Shown: positions 30,169 to 41,378, counted from the first letter of the stretch. The stretch is DNA of 64,000 nucleotides from Candidatus Poribacteria bacterium (GCA_965205025.1 CBDBFU010000007.1:166705-230704); one strand, 5' to 3'. Numbers and translations: made by a program. Notes: generated by a model not told the origin, from the letters alone.

Positions 30169-30683
30169 CAGGACTTACGCAATACCTCTTAAAGTCCCCC
30201 TGACATGGGGTGTGTAATGTCCTAAGGCATTCCCGGGAAACCGCACATACCGGGTAGGAGGGAACTCCGATTCCCGACTCTTCCATTCTTCCGCGTATTC
30301 CGCGATTCAGAATACGTTTCTACACACCTTTCGCCCCGCGAATCAACGGTATGAACGCCTTTTTGGCGTTCCCCCGGGGCTTGGGCCTTGGGGATGTATG
30401 GCGTTTCTACACACCTTTCGCCCCGCTGGGGCTTGGACCTTGGGGATGTATGGCGTTTCTACACACCTTTCGCCCCGCTGGGGCTATACTTATTCTCTGC
30501 GTAATCCGAGATTTAGAAAAAACGCCTCTTTGTACCACAAACTTTTAGTTTGTGATCTTACACCAAACCCTCTGATCTGCGTAATCCGCGATTCAGACAA
30601 CCAACAACTAAAACTAACCTATATAGACATTCCGTCCCTACCAAAATTGCCGAATTAAAAAATTAATCTTCATTTAGCATTCC
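30169..30683 (+). repeat. Composite repeat cluster
   Basis: CAGGACTTACGCA left end, GTAG REP (30254), three GCCCC/GGGGC REPs (one with insertion at 30340-30376), 9-bp repeats, orphan IS630 right end at ~30646-30673. Confidence 0.75.
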
Positions 30684-30807
30684 CTGCAGTTTCAAACCGA
30701 TCCTACCAAAAGTTGCAAACAGAATCCCCTCCTCCCCAAGAGTCTAATGCTTAAATTGATGCTTATGGTATGCCTATGTAGGTTACCCGTAAGGATTTTA
30801 ATCGTTA

Positions 30808-30867
30808 TATCTTGCCTTATTTCTCTATATCTTACCTTATATCTCAATTTCTTGCCCTATATCTCAA
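30808..30867. repeat. Three tandem 20-bp repeats
   Basis: TATCTTGCCTTATTTCTCTA / TATCTTACCTTATATCTCAA / TTTCTTGCCCTATATCTCAA. Confidence 0.7.
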
Positions 30868-31201
30868 AAAAATAAATAAAAGGTCTAAGGTCAAAACTTT
30901 CCTTTTATAAGATTTTCTACTGCATCCCCTATTTTTTTACATACATGTATTCAATCGAATCAACTCCGAACATAAGATAATGAACTCCAGATGTCACTTG
31001 CTCTGAGTCCATTAATTTGTAAGTCATCAATATCTGAATTAGACGAAAATCCCCTTTTGTCTAATTCAAAATAGCGAAATCAATCAAAAGACAGACAAAC
31101 AGGTTATCCCTGTCTGTTTAATTTAGTTTAGAAGATTAGGTTAAGAAGATTTAATTTTCCCTGAATCTTTAACTTGAATTCAACAACTTTATAAGGAGTA
31201 T

Positions 31202-34200
31202 ATGATGTTATTGTCAAATAAATTGACATATTGTATAACAACTTTTATTTTACTGGCGTTTGCTATAGTGCCAGTGATGGCGCACCAGCCGACTGCCCCC
31301 GCAACTTTTGAGGAAGCGCACGATGGTGTTGATAACGATGGTGAGCCGGCTCCCACTGAAACTGATCACAGCCACCATGCAACCGCGCCAACGATATCTT
31401 CTATTGTAGCAGAAAATAATAAGGGTGCTGTTGAAGCTGGTGGTACCTTAGTCGACAATGTTGATGGCAGAAGTATAGTGCCTGTGAACGATGCAGATGG
31501 AGCGGATGCCACACGCACAGTTATTGCTTTTGATGGTGATCCTGCTCTGCTCGCTGCGGGTGAATTTCAATTGAGGATCACGTTTGATCAAGATGTGTAT
31601 ACGGCTGCTGCTGCTGATGCTGATGCTGCACCTACCGTTGCTGTTGGTGATCTTGAAACTGCTGATATTACAATTACAGCATCAGGAGCAAACAGTCCTA
31701 CACTGAATATTGGTGGCTTATTTACCGTTTCTCTTGTGGAACGCTTAGATACCGACCCAGGTACTGACACTGTTTTGTCTAAGAGAGTGTTTCTGGTAAC
31801 GGTTACGACGGCAGCCACTATTACAGAGGAGCAAACCCCCATAAAAATTTGGGTAAACGTGGCTGCTGGTCACGTGTTTTCCCCAACGCAACTTATCAAC
31901 GGTTCTGTAGTGCAAGGTCGTGGAAACGCAAAATACGAGACTCCGGGGAGTACGCCGTTCTCTTTGGATGGTTATATGGCACCAGCTCAACAACCAACAC
32001 CAGATCCCTCAGAAACTGATAGGCCGACGGTAGAGATAGCGAAGCCCGCAAAAGTTGAGACGGCAGGTTCTACAGATAATTTGGACTTTAAATTAACGTT
32101 TAATGAAGCGATTTCTGAACTTCTTGTAAGTCACCTTACAGTTGATGGTGGAACTATTACGCAAGCTTCAATAACGTCAGATGACGCTAAAAAGGTTTGG
32201 ACTGTCGCTGTTGATCCGGATGGTGATCCCGCTGAAACTGAGGTTACCGTAACACTTCTTAATGGATCCGTAGCAGACCTTGAAGGTAATCTGTATATGT
32301 CTCCAACTGCTGGTCCAGATATGGCGAAATACGATACGGTCAACCCAACGGTGAATGCAGTTGCTGGCGGTCCCGCTGCACCAGTACCAGCCGGTCCTGT
32401 AAAACTTCAGATCACTTTCAGTGAAAAACTTGGTGAAAATGGTGATACTTTCACAAATGCAGATATTGATAGAACGAATAGTAATGTGTTATTAACCAGT
32501 GCTGCTCCGGCGAAAGCTGCAACGCAGCCGACAGACGGAACAGAAGTTTGGGAACTCACAGTTACACCCGTTCCTGCAAATGCTGCTCAAGTTATAATTG
32601 TTATTAAGGAAAGTTCAATAGGGGACACCGAAGGAAATAAGTTGGAACAGGATACGATTGTAACGTGGACACGTCCTACGCTTTCAGGAGATACCACGAA
32701 ACCGGTTGTTATGCTTCAAGATCCGAAAGGTCCTGATTCCGGTAATGCTAATGAGGGGCCCGCTGATGACATTGTTATTGACGATTCGGGTGGCTCAATA
32801 ACTTTCACAATTTCTGACACTGGTGGTCTTGCTGCTGGTACTGCTGTTGAAAAGAGTGAAGTGAGTGTTTCAAACGGTACCGTTGTATCTGTTTCAGGTA
32901 ATAGCATTACCATTGATCCAAAAATCGCTGATGGTGCCAATGTGAATACAACTGTTACAGTAACAGTTGCTGCAGGTGCTATTGCTGATGCTGCTGGAAA
33001 TATGAACGATGCGGTTTCCGAAACATATAGTATCGGTCCAATATTCGCGATTCCCGCAAATACAATTTTGGTTGTCACCAAAACCGCTGGTGCGACACAC
33101 GCTTATCTTTCAGACCAAGCAAGGTTGCCGGTTGATCAGAATCCGCCAACCCCCACTTCGAATATTGAAACAGATGTTTGGAGTAATATGCCAGATTTAG
33201 AAGTGCTGTTTAGTTTTGCTGCCGGTGGTAATGGTGGTACACTGAACTTAATAGAAGCAAATCGCCAAGCAGAACTTCCACAGACACGTGATGGAGACAA
33301 ACAACAAAAGAACTCTGTCCGTATTTCTGAAGTTATGTGGGCATCTAATCTACGTCACCGTGGTGCAGCAAACGACGCTGAAGCCGCTGAACAGTGGGTT
33401 GAAATTAGTAATGACACGGGTGCTGCTGTTAGACTCTTGTTATATGCCAGAACCGGTTTAGATTCTGCTGTCAATATTGATAATGATGCAGAAGACAGAG
33501 TCGGTAACGCCTATAACGGTAGTCGTGGTTCCGCTGGTTGGAACGTTCCCGGTCAGAGCGGGAATAGTTGGACAGGTGTAAACTTTGTCTCTATGCACAG
33601 AAGTTATGTTACTGGTGATAATCGTGGTTATGTGAATGGAACATCAAGTGGTCATTGGCACGCATCTGATAGAGAGTATCTGACGAGCATATCAGGTAAC
33701 GGTGAAAAACTTTATGACCATGTCGGTTCACCAGGACGTCCACACGGTATTGGACTTCCGAAACCGAGCACACGTGCAGGAACAACCAACGTGCCGTCCA
33801 GTCCAGTTATCATAAACGAAGTCGCAAACCGTGATAACAGTAATGCCAAGTATGAATGGATTGAGTTACGCAATGTTACAGATAGTGAAGTCAACCTTCG
33901 TAACTGGATGATTTCAGTCGTCACAGCTACAGACGTTGATACACCGATGATTCAATTCCCAAATAACGATAACGCAAAGATCGCACCACAAGGTGTTATT
34001 CTGCTACTCGCTTCTGATCCACGCGATGACGATGATCACCCGATCGCTGTCGGCTATAACGTTGATGTCGGCGCTAACGATCAGGTAGATGGTCTTGGAC
34101 TTATTGTTGAAGGTAGTAATCGTATGCCACCCAGACAGAAGGTCATTACTTTCGCAGGTAGTGGTATACCGGATGATGGTCAATTCATTCTGATCTTGCG

Positions 34201-35833
34201 TAAGCATGACAACTATGAAGGGCAACGCTCTGGTGTCCACGGTGGAAAAGGTGTTGCTGAAACCGGTGGCGCTGATATTGACAAGATTATTGATTTTGTT
34301 GGACACCATGAAACTTTGGATAAATCCAACTATCCAGAAACGAACCCCGCAGGGCTCAATAGTACAACCCTCTGGCCACTGGTCAACTTTAGCGGACATA
34401 ATAGACCGCATCGTGGACATGGTGACTGGAATCACAGACGCCATAATCGTATTGAGGCGAACCGTGTACGATATCGTCAACACGTTAAGACTACCGCAAG
34501 AAACGATGCTGATGGTAGCGATGGTGTGAATCGTGCAGGTACAGGTACAACACACAAAGATGAAGGTGTTGGACACTACGCTATGCGTGATGCAATCTAT
34601 ACCGGTCTCGGTTATAGACGCACAGCAAGAATCGCAGGATACAATAACGGCACACCCGGATACAACGGAAATAGCGTTGGGAATACAGGTGTTGTTAAAG
34701 CTACTGCTGCAGATGCTATGGTAACCATCAGTGAAATTATGACTTCCACAGGTCCTAATGCTGACAGGTCTGTGTATCCGCAGTGGATTGAGCTCTACAA
34801 CAGTTCACCAACAGATGCTGTGAATCTTGGTAGCGGATGGAAACTGCAGTTTGAAATGCTTGATGCTGAAGGCAATCCGATGGATAGTCTCATGTCTTTG
34901 AACTTCAAAGATAAAGGCAGAGTGAAAACTATCTTACCCCAACAGACAGTTCTGATTGTTGCGAGTCGTGCACAAGCCAATAGTGATTCCAGAGTAGGTA
35001 CGGATGTCTTTAACGAGAACCGTGTCTTTAATGTGCAGCGAGATGTCGGTTTAGGTAAGTTCGGTGCGAATACACGACACATGTTTTTCAATCCGACAGC
35101 ATTCGCTATCACACTCTTGGACAAAGACAATAAAGTTGTTGACCGTGCTGGTAACCTTGACGGTGATGCCCGAACCAGTGATACAAATGAATGGGATTTC
35201 CCCGCTGGTGTCGCTGCAGACGGTAACCGCACATCTTACATCCGTATCTATGATGACGGTGTCGCACGTACTGGTGTGAATACAGCAGAAAGTAATGTGA
35301 TGCCTATCTTTGGAAGCGGTGACAAGAAAATGAAAGACAACGACGGCATTGACGCTAAGTACAGCTGGATTCCCGCTGTGAATACGAAACGGGAATTCAA
35401 GGTCACTATCAAGTCTACCTGGTATGGTAATGAAGATGACTACGGTACACCTAACAACCGTCCGGGTATGGTGCTACCTGTTGAATTATCACACTTCCGT
35501 CCCACACTTGAAGATGGCAAAGTTACGATCCGTTGGACAACCGAATCCGAACTTGACAACGCTGGATTTAATATCCTTCGTAGTGAAACTCGAAACGGTG
35601 AGTATACACAGGTCAACGCTGAGCTTATTGAAGGTGCTGGTACCACAGGTGAACGTAACACCTATAAATGGGTGGATCAGACCACTAAACCAGGTGTTGT
35701 GTACTACTACCAGATTGAAGATGTATCCTTCGCCGGTGAACGCCAAGCACTTGCTATAACCAAGTTGAAAGGCCTCATCTCAGCGAAGAACAGACTTACA
35801 ACGACGTGGAGTGAGCTAAAAGCTTCACAATAA
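31202..35833 (+). CDS. Large secreted protein with Ig-like and lamin-tail (LTD) domains
   Basis: Signal peptide; D..P.V...TFSE Ig-like units; three ISEVM/INEV/ISEIM..W(I/V)E(L/I) LTD-like units; LPVELSHF domain; RLTTTWSELK tail; AAGGAG RBS. Confidence 0.85.
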   Translation: MMLLSNKLTYCITTFILLAFAIVPVMAHQPTAPATFEEAHDGVDNDGEPAPTETDHSHHATAPTISSIVAENNKGAVEAGGTLVDNVDGRSIVPVNDADGADATRTVIAFDGDPALLAAGEFQLRITFDQDVYTAAAADADAAPTVAVGDLETADITITASGANSPTLNIGGLFTVSLVERLDTDPGTDTVLSKRVFLVTVTTAATITEEQTPIKIWVNVAAGHVFSPTQLINGSVVQGRGNAKYETPGSTPFSLDGYMAPAQQPTPDPSETDRPTVEIAKPAKVETAGSTDNLDFKLTFNEAISELLVSHLTVDGGTITQASITSDDAKKVWTVAVDPDGDPAETEVTVTLLNGSVADLEGNLYMSPTAGPDMAKYDTVNPTVNAVAGGPAAPVPAGPVKLQITFSEKLGENGDTFTNADIDRTNSNVLLTSAAPAKAATQPTDGTEVWELTVTPVPANAAQVIIVIKESSIGDTEGNKLEQDTIVTWTRPTLSGDTTKPVVMLQDPKGPDSGNANEGPADDIVIDDSGGSITFTISDTGGLAAGTAVEKSEVSVSNGTVVSVSGNSITIDPKIADGANVNTTVTVTVAAGAIADAAGNMNDAVSETYSIGPIFAIPANTILVVTKTAGATHAYLSDQARLPVDQNPPTPTSNIETDVWSNMPDLEVLFSFAAGGNGGTLNLIEANRQAELPQTRDGDKQQKNSVRISEVMWASNLRHRGAANDAEAAEQWVEISNDTGAAVRLLLYARTGLDSAVNIDNDAEDRVGNAYNGSRGSAGWNVPGQSGNSWTGVNFVSMHRSYVTGDNRGYVNGTSSGHWHASDREYLTSISGNGEKLYDHVGSPGRPHGIGLPKPSTRAGTTNVPSSPVIINEVANRDNSNAKYEWIELRNVTDSEVNLRNWMISVVTATDVDTPMIQFPNNDNAKIAPQGVILLLASDPRDDDDHPIAVGYNVDVGANDQVDGLGLIVEGSNRMPPRQKVITFAGSGIPDDGQFILILRKHDNYEGQRSGVHGGKGVAETGGADIDKIIDFVGHHETLDKSNYPETNPAGLNSTTLWPLVNFSGHNRPHRGHGDWNHRRHNRIEANRVRYRQHVKTTARNDADGSDGVNRAGTGTTHKDEGVGHYAMRDAIYTGLGYRRTARIAGYNNGTPGYNGNSVGNTGVVKATAADAMVTISEIMTSTGPNADRSVYPQWIELYNSSPTDAVNLGSGWKLQFEMLDAEGNPMDSLMSLNFKDKGRVKTILPQQTVLIVASRAQANSDSRVGTDVFNENRVFNVQRDVGLGKFGANTRHMFFNPTAFAITLLDKDNKVVDRAGNLDGDARTSDTNEWDFPAGVAADGNRTSYIRIYDDGVARTGVNTAESNVMPIFGSGDKKMKDNDGIDAKYSWIPAVNTKREFKVTIKSTWYGNEDDYGTPNNRPGMVLPVELSHFRPTLEDGKVTIRWTTESELDNAGFNILRSETRNGEYTQVNAELIEGAGTTGERNTYKWVDQTTKPGVVYYYQIEDVSFAGERQALAITKLKGLISAKNRLTTTWSELKASQ

Positions 35834-35869
35834 GGTTGAATTTCAGGGATAATTTAACCAATTCTCCTC

Positions 35870-36033
35870 TCAGTAAGGATGCTGCAGTGTCCTTACTGTG
35901 GGAAATCTAACTAAAACTATTCCCCAGTTAGGAGACTGTTGAAAAACCGGTACAACAGTTTCCTAATGGGAATACTTAGCTAACCTAAGCTATTCAATAA
36001 AGTAAGGACATTGCTTGCAATGTCCTTACTTTA
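35870..36033 (+). terminator. Cluster of three hairpins after the large gene
   Basis: CAGTAAGGA/TCCTTACTG; TATTCCC..TTAGGA.ACTGTT/AACAGT.TCCTAA.GGGAATA; AAAGTAAGGACATTGC/GCAATGTCCTTACTTT. Confidence 0.6.
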
Positions 36034-36044
36034 TATACACAAGG

Positions 36045-36301
36045 ACACATTCTGTAGGAGCAACCTCCTGATCGCGATATTATAGACACATTCTGTAGGA
36101 GCAACCTCCTGGTAGCGATAGTAAGGACGCATTTTTAAATAGGTAATTCTAATTCCCCAAACACGGTATGTATTGAGTCCCGTAGGGACGGAATGTCTAT
36201 AGAAAACGGATCAATTAACCGTATGAGTCCCGTAGGGACGGAATGTCTATATCAACATAGGGAATGACTAAATGGCATTCATACCGTTGATTCCTTGATT
36301 T
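36045..36301. repeat. GTAG REP pair, GTCCCGTAGGGAC REP pair and reverse 35-bp element
   Basis: GTAGGAGCAACCTCC x2 (40-bp period); GAGTCCCGTAGGGACGGAATGTCTATA x2; 36260-36293. Confidence 0.75.
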
Positions 36302-36436
36302 CTCAATTCCGCGCATTCGACAAATACAAAAATCTGATTTATCAAACTCACATTAAAGATACGTAAAACCTTTTTCAAATTTCAGAAGACATTATCAGAA
36401 GACACAATATATTTTTCTTTATTTAGGAGACAAACA

Positions 36437-39400
36437 ATGAATAACACAATTTTTACACGAAAGCTTGGACTCGGCATCCTCATAGCACTTGTGTTTGCAT
36501 TTGGCGTGCATGGGGTGGCTGACGCTGTGTTGACTGCAAGAAAAGTCAGCCGTGATCATCAGGACAAACTTTTTAATCAAGACTTTACTTTCAGTTTTTC
36601 CATAAGTGGGGTACCAGGAAGCAGAACCGGGACAGATACTGCACGGGACTCCATTACGATTACCGTAGCAGGAACAGGGGTGGCTCTTTCTGAGGTAAGA
36701 AGTGATAGAACGTATCCAACTACAGCTACGACGTTCACACTGACGGAAAGGAGGGATACCGAGACAGCCGGTGATGGTAGGCTTAGGAACGGCACCATCT
36801 CTGTGAAATGTAAGCTTTCAGAGGCTGGAAGTTTTACAGTTACGATAGCCGATGCAGCATCTCCTGCGGGTTTTACCTCGCTAGTGTTTACGGCTTACGG
36901 TATTCAGCGACCAGAAGATATTGATGCTCAGGTGTTTAGTGCCAGTACTGGCACCACAAATCCTAAAAGTGGAATTGGTTTTGATAGCCCGCAAAATGAG
37001 TATAGTGCAGATTCGGATGTTGTGGTAACTCTGGCTGGGACCGGTTCAGCGTGGGTATACGTCGATTTTTCAGTTGATGGTCCCGGGCGTCTCTATCGGG
37101 ATCTGGACGACAATATGCGCCCCGACGCAACGCCTCGGAGTACCCTCCGGAGTTTCACTTTTGGCGACAGTGAAGCCAGTGTGAAGCTCCAGATGAATGG
37201 CGGAACTAACAAGGTTACGGCATCGATTAAGGACGCCACGAATAAAACACACGTTATCACCTATTTCTATCAAAGTATTCAACTAAATCGTGTGTCTGGT
37301 AATGGACAAGTAGGCTTGCCCGGTTCACAGCTTGCGGAACCGCTTGTAGTTGAGGTCACAGATACGAGAGGTACAGGTATTTCCGGACAAGAAGTCGAAT
37401 TTTCTCTTGCATCCGGAACAACCGGAACACTTGTTCGTATTCCCAGTTATACGAGAGTAGGCACCTCTGGACATAAAATTTTAACAGATTCCAACGGTCA
37501 AGCTAAAATCAACTATGTTCTACCAGACACACATGACACAGATGCAACAATTACGGCGGGTTTTGACAGTAACAATGATGGTGATACTGAAGATGATGAA
37601 GATCATTCTGTGTCCTTTACGGTCACAGCTAATGATAACGCTGTCGTGACACCAAGAACGCCGATAAGACAACCACCTCCATCAGACGACGACGACGCAA
37701 GCCTTACCGTAACCGCGCCTCGCAGTGGAAATGCCGGTCAAACGATTACTGTTACAGCCGCTACCTCTAATAATCGTGCCAGCCAACTGGTTGCTTTCAC
37801 AAGTAATCGAGGCGGTACTTTTAGACCGGTCAATGGACCAACAGACTCAAATGGCGACCTAACAACACAGTTCACGCTACCGAGCACTGCCGGGGAGGTT
37901 ATCATCACCGCAAACGCGAACGGTTATACAGCAGGGACAGCTACCGTTAACGTTGTGGGGAGTGCCCTTACAGTGACACCAAATCCGATCTTAGGAGCAA
38001 CTGCGGGTCAACGTTACAGCATAGTTGTTGGTGCGGGAAGACAAGACGTACTGGTTACACTGAGTGGTAACGGTTTCACATCTGCCCAAGGAACAACGCT
38101 TCCCAACGGTTCAGTTACGATATTTATTACGTTACCAAGCACTACTGGTACTTATCAACTCTATGCAAGTGCACCTGGATATGAACGTAAGCTCATTCCA
38201 GTTACTGTTACAAGGGGTGGAACACCTTCCACCGGTACCTCAGTAGAGTTAAGAATTCCCAGCGGGCAAACACAATCTGTAGCTATCGGGACTAATGCTC
38301 CGTTGCGGGTACGTGTAACAAGGACAGGGACAACTACAGGGCAATCGGGTGTTACTGTCACTTTCCGCAATGCCAGTGGAACTACCATTCATACAACTAC
38401 TCCTACCGGTACTAACGGCGACGCTACCTATAATTTTCCTGTAACCAGACTGGGTTTACAAACGGTATCGGCAACACTCCTCCCGGCGAATAATGCTAAT
38501 TTTGATCTGAGTGGCGTAACCCCTGTAACCTTTACGATCACAGGGACAAGGCAACAGCCAACGCAATCCACGCGACTTAGGATATTCCAACCCGTTGATA
38601 GTCTCAATCAACCAATTACAACTGGTGCGCCAGGTGCACCGTATACCTTGACAATTCTGCTGTATGATGCCAATAATAATCCGGTCCCCTATCAAGTTGG
38701 CACACTTACCGTGACAGACAGCACGGGAGTCACTGTTGGCACTTCTGTACAATTTACAGTGTATAATGGTAGGAGTAACACGCAAGATACATTCAATCTG
38801 CCGCAAAATCCTGGACAGTATACCATCACAGCAAGGACTGGCACCACTACCACTGGTATAGAAACTGCTACTATAACAGTGACAGTGTTTGCTATTAGGA
38901 TACTCAAAGACAACAGCGATAGCGTTTCTGGAGATAACCAAGAAGGAAATCGTGGCGAAGTACTTGATGATCCGTTTCTGCTCAAAGTCGTTCGGGACGT
39001 CGCAAATGTTGAAACCCCTGTACAAGGTGTACCTGTAACGTTCACAATAGTTGATGGCGATGGTGAACTTTCAACTTCAAGCAGTGCTTCAAGCGGTTCC
39101 AGTTCATTAACTGTTCGAAGTGAAGCGAACGGTGAATTACGGGCATACCTTGTCTTAGGTGAAGACGATGAAGATAACAGGGTTCGAGCAAGCGTCGGCA
39201 TCACCACTGTGTCAGATGTGTTCTTTGACGCTACAGGTGCGCTTGTCCCTTACGACCTTGAGATTGTCTCCGGGAATAACCAACGCGGCACACCGAACCG
39301 TTATCTTACCAATGCACTTGTCGTCCGTGTCACAGATGAGGACGGTTACGAGCTGCAAGGTGTCACCGTGACGTTCAGTCTAAGAGGGAGTGGCACACTT

Positions 39401-41275
39401 ACGCGTAGCGATACGACAGACCGCAACGGTGAAGCATTCGCCAGATTTTTGCCACGTACTGCGGGGACCCACTACATAGAAGCAAGGGTTACGGGCATTC
39501 CATCCGTTCGCTTTACCATCACAGCCGGTGATTTAGCCGATTCTATAGAGATCGTTTCAGGGAATAACCAGAGTGGTGAACCAGGAACAGAACTTGAAGA
39601 TCCGCTTGTTGTTGAAGTGCTTGACGAAGATGACGATGTTGTTTCAGGTGTTACCGTGACGTTTAGCGTAACAGCAGGTGGCGGTAGCCTTTCGGAAACA
39701 TCGGTTACGACGAATTCAAGAGGACGCGCAGAGACAGACCTTACTCTCGGGGATGATCCCGGACGGAACACTGTCCGTGCAAGCGTCTCAGGTGTTTCTG
39801 ATCGTGTTACCTTTACCGCCACAGCGGAAGATCCCGCACCCCCAGAACCCGATATCCGTCTACCTGTAGCACAGCGTGCAGATACATATTGGATTAACAG
39901 GGACACCGGCACAATCCACCGACTTGTTGGCAATAGCGTGGAAGACATCGCTCACAATGTCCAAGATGTCGTCAGCCTCGTTGCTACAAAGAATAGACTC
40001 TTCTGGGTTGAGAAAACATCCAATAGTAGTGGGAGAATTCGAAGCGCTAACCTGAATGGTAGTAACGTTCAACTTATTCGGAATCTCTCGACTGCTCCTG
40101 CGGGTATTACTGTCGACACTGTCAACAGTAAACTCTACGTTACAACCGAACGCGGGAAAATACAAGCAATCAACGTAGACGGGTCTGATTATGAACCGAA
40201 CCTGCTTGTCGGTTTGGACACACCAACAGATATTGCCGTTGATCCTGAATCGGGCAAATTGTTCTGGATATCTGAATCCGGAACTGTGCATTACGCAAAC
40301 GTTGATGGATCGGATGAGACGGAATTCGCCAACGGCTATGACACGTTGGGTAGCATCGCTGTTGGGGCTGGTAAAGTGTTCTGGACAGAGGAAACCAGCG
40401 GTTCAGCAGGGAAAATCCACAGTGCTAATCTTGATGGCAGTAATGTTCAAGAGCTCATTTCATTAAGCGCTGCCCCCTACGGTATTTCGGTTGATGTAGC
40501 TGGTAAAAAACTGTATTGGACGAACATCCGTGGGAAAATCATGCAGAGCAACATCAACGGTAAGTCTGCCAAGGCTGTCGTTGCAGACCTTGTTTCACTC
40601 GGAGATATCTCAGTGCCAGCAGGCACAACGGCGATACGTCCGCCGGGAACTTTCTCCAAATACGATGTCAATAAGGATGGCGTGGTTGATAATACAGATG
40701 CTGCATTAGTAGCAGATGCACTCGGTGAAACGAATCCAGATAATCCAAGACTTGATGTCAACGGTGATGGTCGTGTGAATTTCCTTGATCTGCTCCTTGT
40801 GTTTGATAACCGTGATGAAACCAACGCTGCGCCAATCGCAGTGGCAGATGCGAAACTTCCAAAGGTATCACGTGAGGAAGTTCAGAGGCAAATTGATCTG
40901 TTGATTGCTTCCAATAACGACTCGCTCACAGCACAGCAGACGCTGGCATATCTACAGAGTCTGTTAGAGGTTGTGTCACCAGAAAGGACACGTTTGCTTG
41001 CGAACTATCCCAATCCGTTCAATCCGGAAACATGGATACCGTATCAGTTAGCAACGGATTCCAATGTACAGATTACGATTTTCAACACAACAGGAAACGT
41101 GGTACGCACCTTGAAACTTGGACATCAATCCGAGGGCTACTACACAGACCGGAGCCGTGCAGCCTATTGGGATGGACGTAATGCTATTGGTGAGCAAGTG
41201 GCAAGTGGTGTGTATTTCTACGTATTCACTGCGAATGAGTTTTCTGCTACCCGTAAAATGTTGATCCTGAAGTAG
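36437..41275 (+). CDS. Large surface protein: Big-1/invasin-like Ig repeats, YWTD (LDLR class B) propeller, dockerin-like, FlgD/T9SS-like C-terminal domain
   Basis: SGNNQ.G...L..PLVV.V repeats; K(L/V)(F/Y)WT repeats; DVNKDGVVD/DVNGDGRVN; NYPNPFNP...RKMLILK. Confidence 0.87.
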   Translation: MNNTIFTRKLGLGILIALVFAFGVHGVADAVLTARKVSRDHQDKLFNQDFTFSFSISGVPGSRTGTDTARDSITITVAGTGVALSEVRSDRTYPTTATTFTLTERRDTETAGDGRLRNGTISVKCKLSEAGSFTVTIADAASPAGFTSLVFTAYGIQRPEDIDAQVFSASTGTTNPKSGIGFDSPQNEYSADSDVVVTLAGTGSAWVYVDFSVDGPGRLYRDLDDNMRPDATPRSTLRSFTFGDSEASVKLQMNGGTNKVTASIKDATNKTHVITYFYQSIQLNRVSGNGQVGLPGSQLAEPLVVEVTDTRGTGISGQEVEFSLASGTTGTLVRIPSYTRVGTSGHKILTDSNGQAKINYVLPDTHDTDATITAGFDSNNDGDTEDDEDHSVSFTVTANDNAVVTPRTPIRQPPPSDDDDASLTVTAPRSGNAGQTITVTAATSNNRASQLVAFTSNRGGTFRPVNGPTDSNGDLTTQFTLPSTAGEVIITANANGYTAGTATVNVVGSALTVTPNPILGATAGQRYSIVVGAGRQDVLVTLSGNGFTSAQGTTLPNGSVTIFITLPSTTGTYQLYASAPGYERKLIPVTVTRGGTPSTGTSVELRIPSGQTQSVAIGTNAPLRVRVTRTGTTTGQSGVTVTFRNASGTTIHTTTPTGTNGDATYNFPVTRLGLQTVSATLLPANNANFDLSGVTPVTFTITGTRQQPTQSTRLRIFQPVDSLNQPITTGAPGAPYTLTILLYDANNNPVPYQVGTLTVTDSTGVTVGTSVQFTVYNGRSNTQDTFNLPQNPGQYTITARTGTTTTGIETATITVTVFAIRILKDNSDSVSGDNQEGNRGEVLDDPFLLKVVRDVANVETPVQGVPVTFTIVDGDGELSTSSSASSGSSSLTVRSEANGELRAYLVLGEDDEDNRVRASVGITTVSDVFFDATGALVPYDLEIVSGNNQRGTPNRYLTNALVVRVTDEDGYELQGVTVTFSLRGSGTLTRSDTTDRNGEAFARFLPRTAGTHYIEARVTGIPSVRFTITAGDLADSIEIVSGNNQSGEPGTELEDPLVVEVLDEDDDVVSGVTVTFSVTAGGGSLSETSVTTNSRGRAETDLTLGDDPGRNTVRASVSGVSDRVTFTATAEDPAPPEPDIRLPVAQRADTYWINRDTGTIHRLVGNSVEDIAHNVQDVVSLVATKNRLFWVEKTSNSSGRIRSANLNGSNVQLIRNLSTAPAGITVDTVNSKLYVTTERGKIQAINVDGSDYEPNLLVGLDTPTDIAVDPESGKLFWISESGTVHYANVDGSDETEFANGYDTLGSIAVGAGKVFWTEETSGSAGKIHSANLDGSNVQELISLSAAPYGISVDVAGKKLYWTNIRGKIMQSNINGKSAKAVVADLVSLGDISVPAGTTAIRPPGTFSKYDVNKDGVVDNTDAALVADALGETNPDNPRLDVNGDGRVNFLDLLLVFDNRDETNAAPIAVADAKLPKVSREEVQRQIDLLIASNNDSLTAQQTLAYLQSLLEVVSPERTRLLANYPNPFNPETWIPYQLATDSNVQITIFNTTGNVVRTLKLGHQSEGYYTDRSRAAYWDGRNAIGEQVASGVYFYVFTANEFSATRKMLILK

Positions 41276-41378
41276 GATCATACATAATTTCTCGTCGCCG
41301 CCAGTCGCGTGTATAAATTACTGGCACTTGTGTTATTCAAGAACGTCCTTGCGGGAGAGACGTTAAACCTCCCGCTTT

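Noticed and set aside
31588-41281. Numerous antisense and alternate-frame ORFs inside the two large genes and other CDSs
   Set aside because: Shadow ORFs of real coding regions with no recognisable motifs
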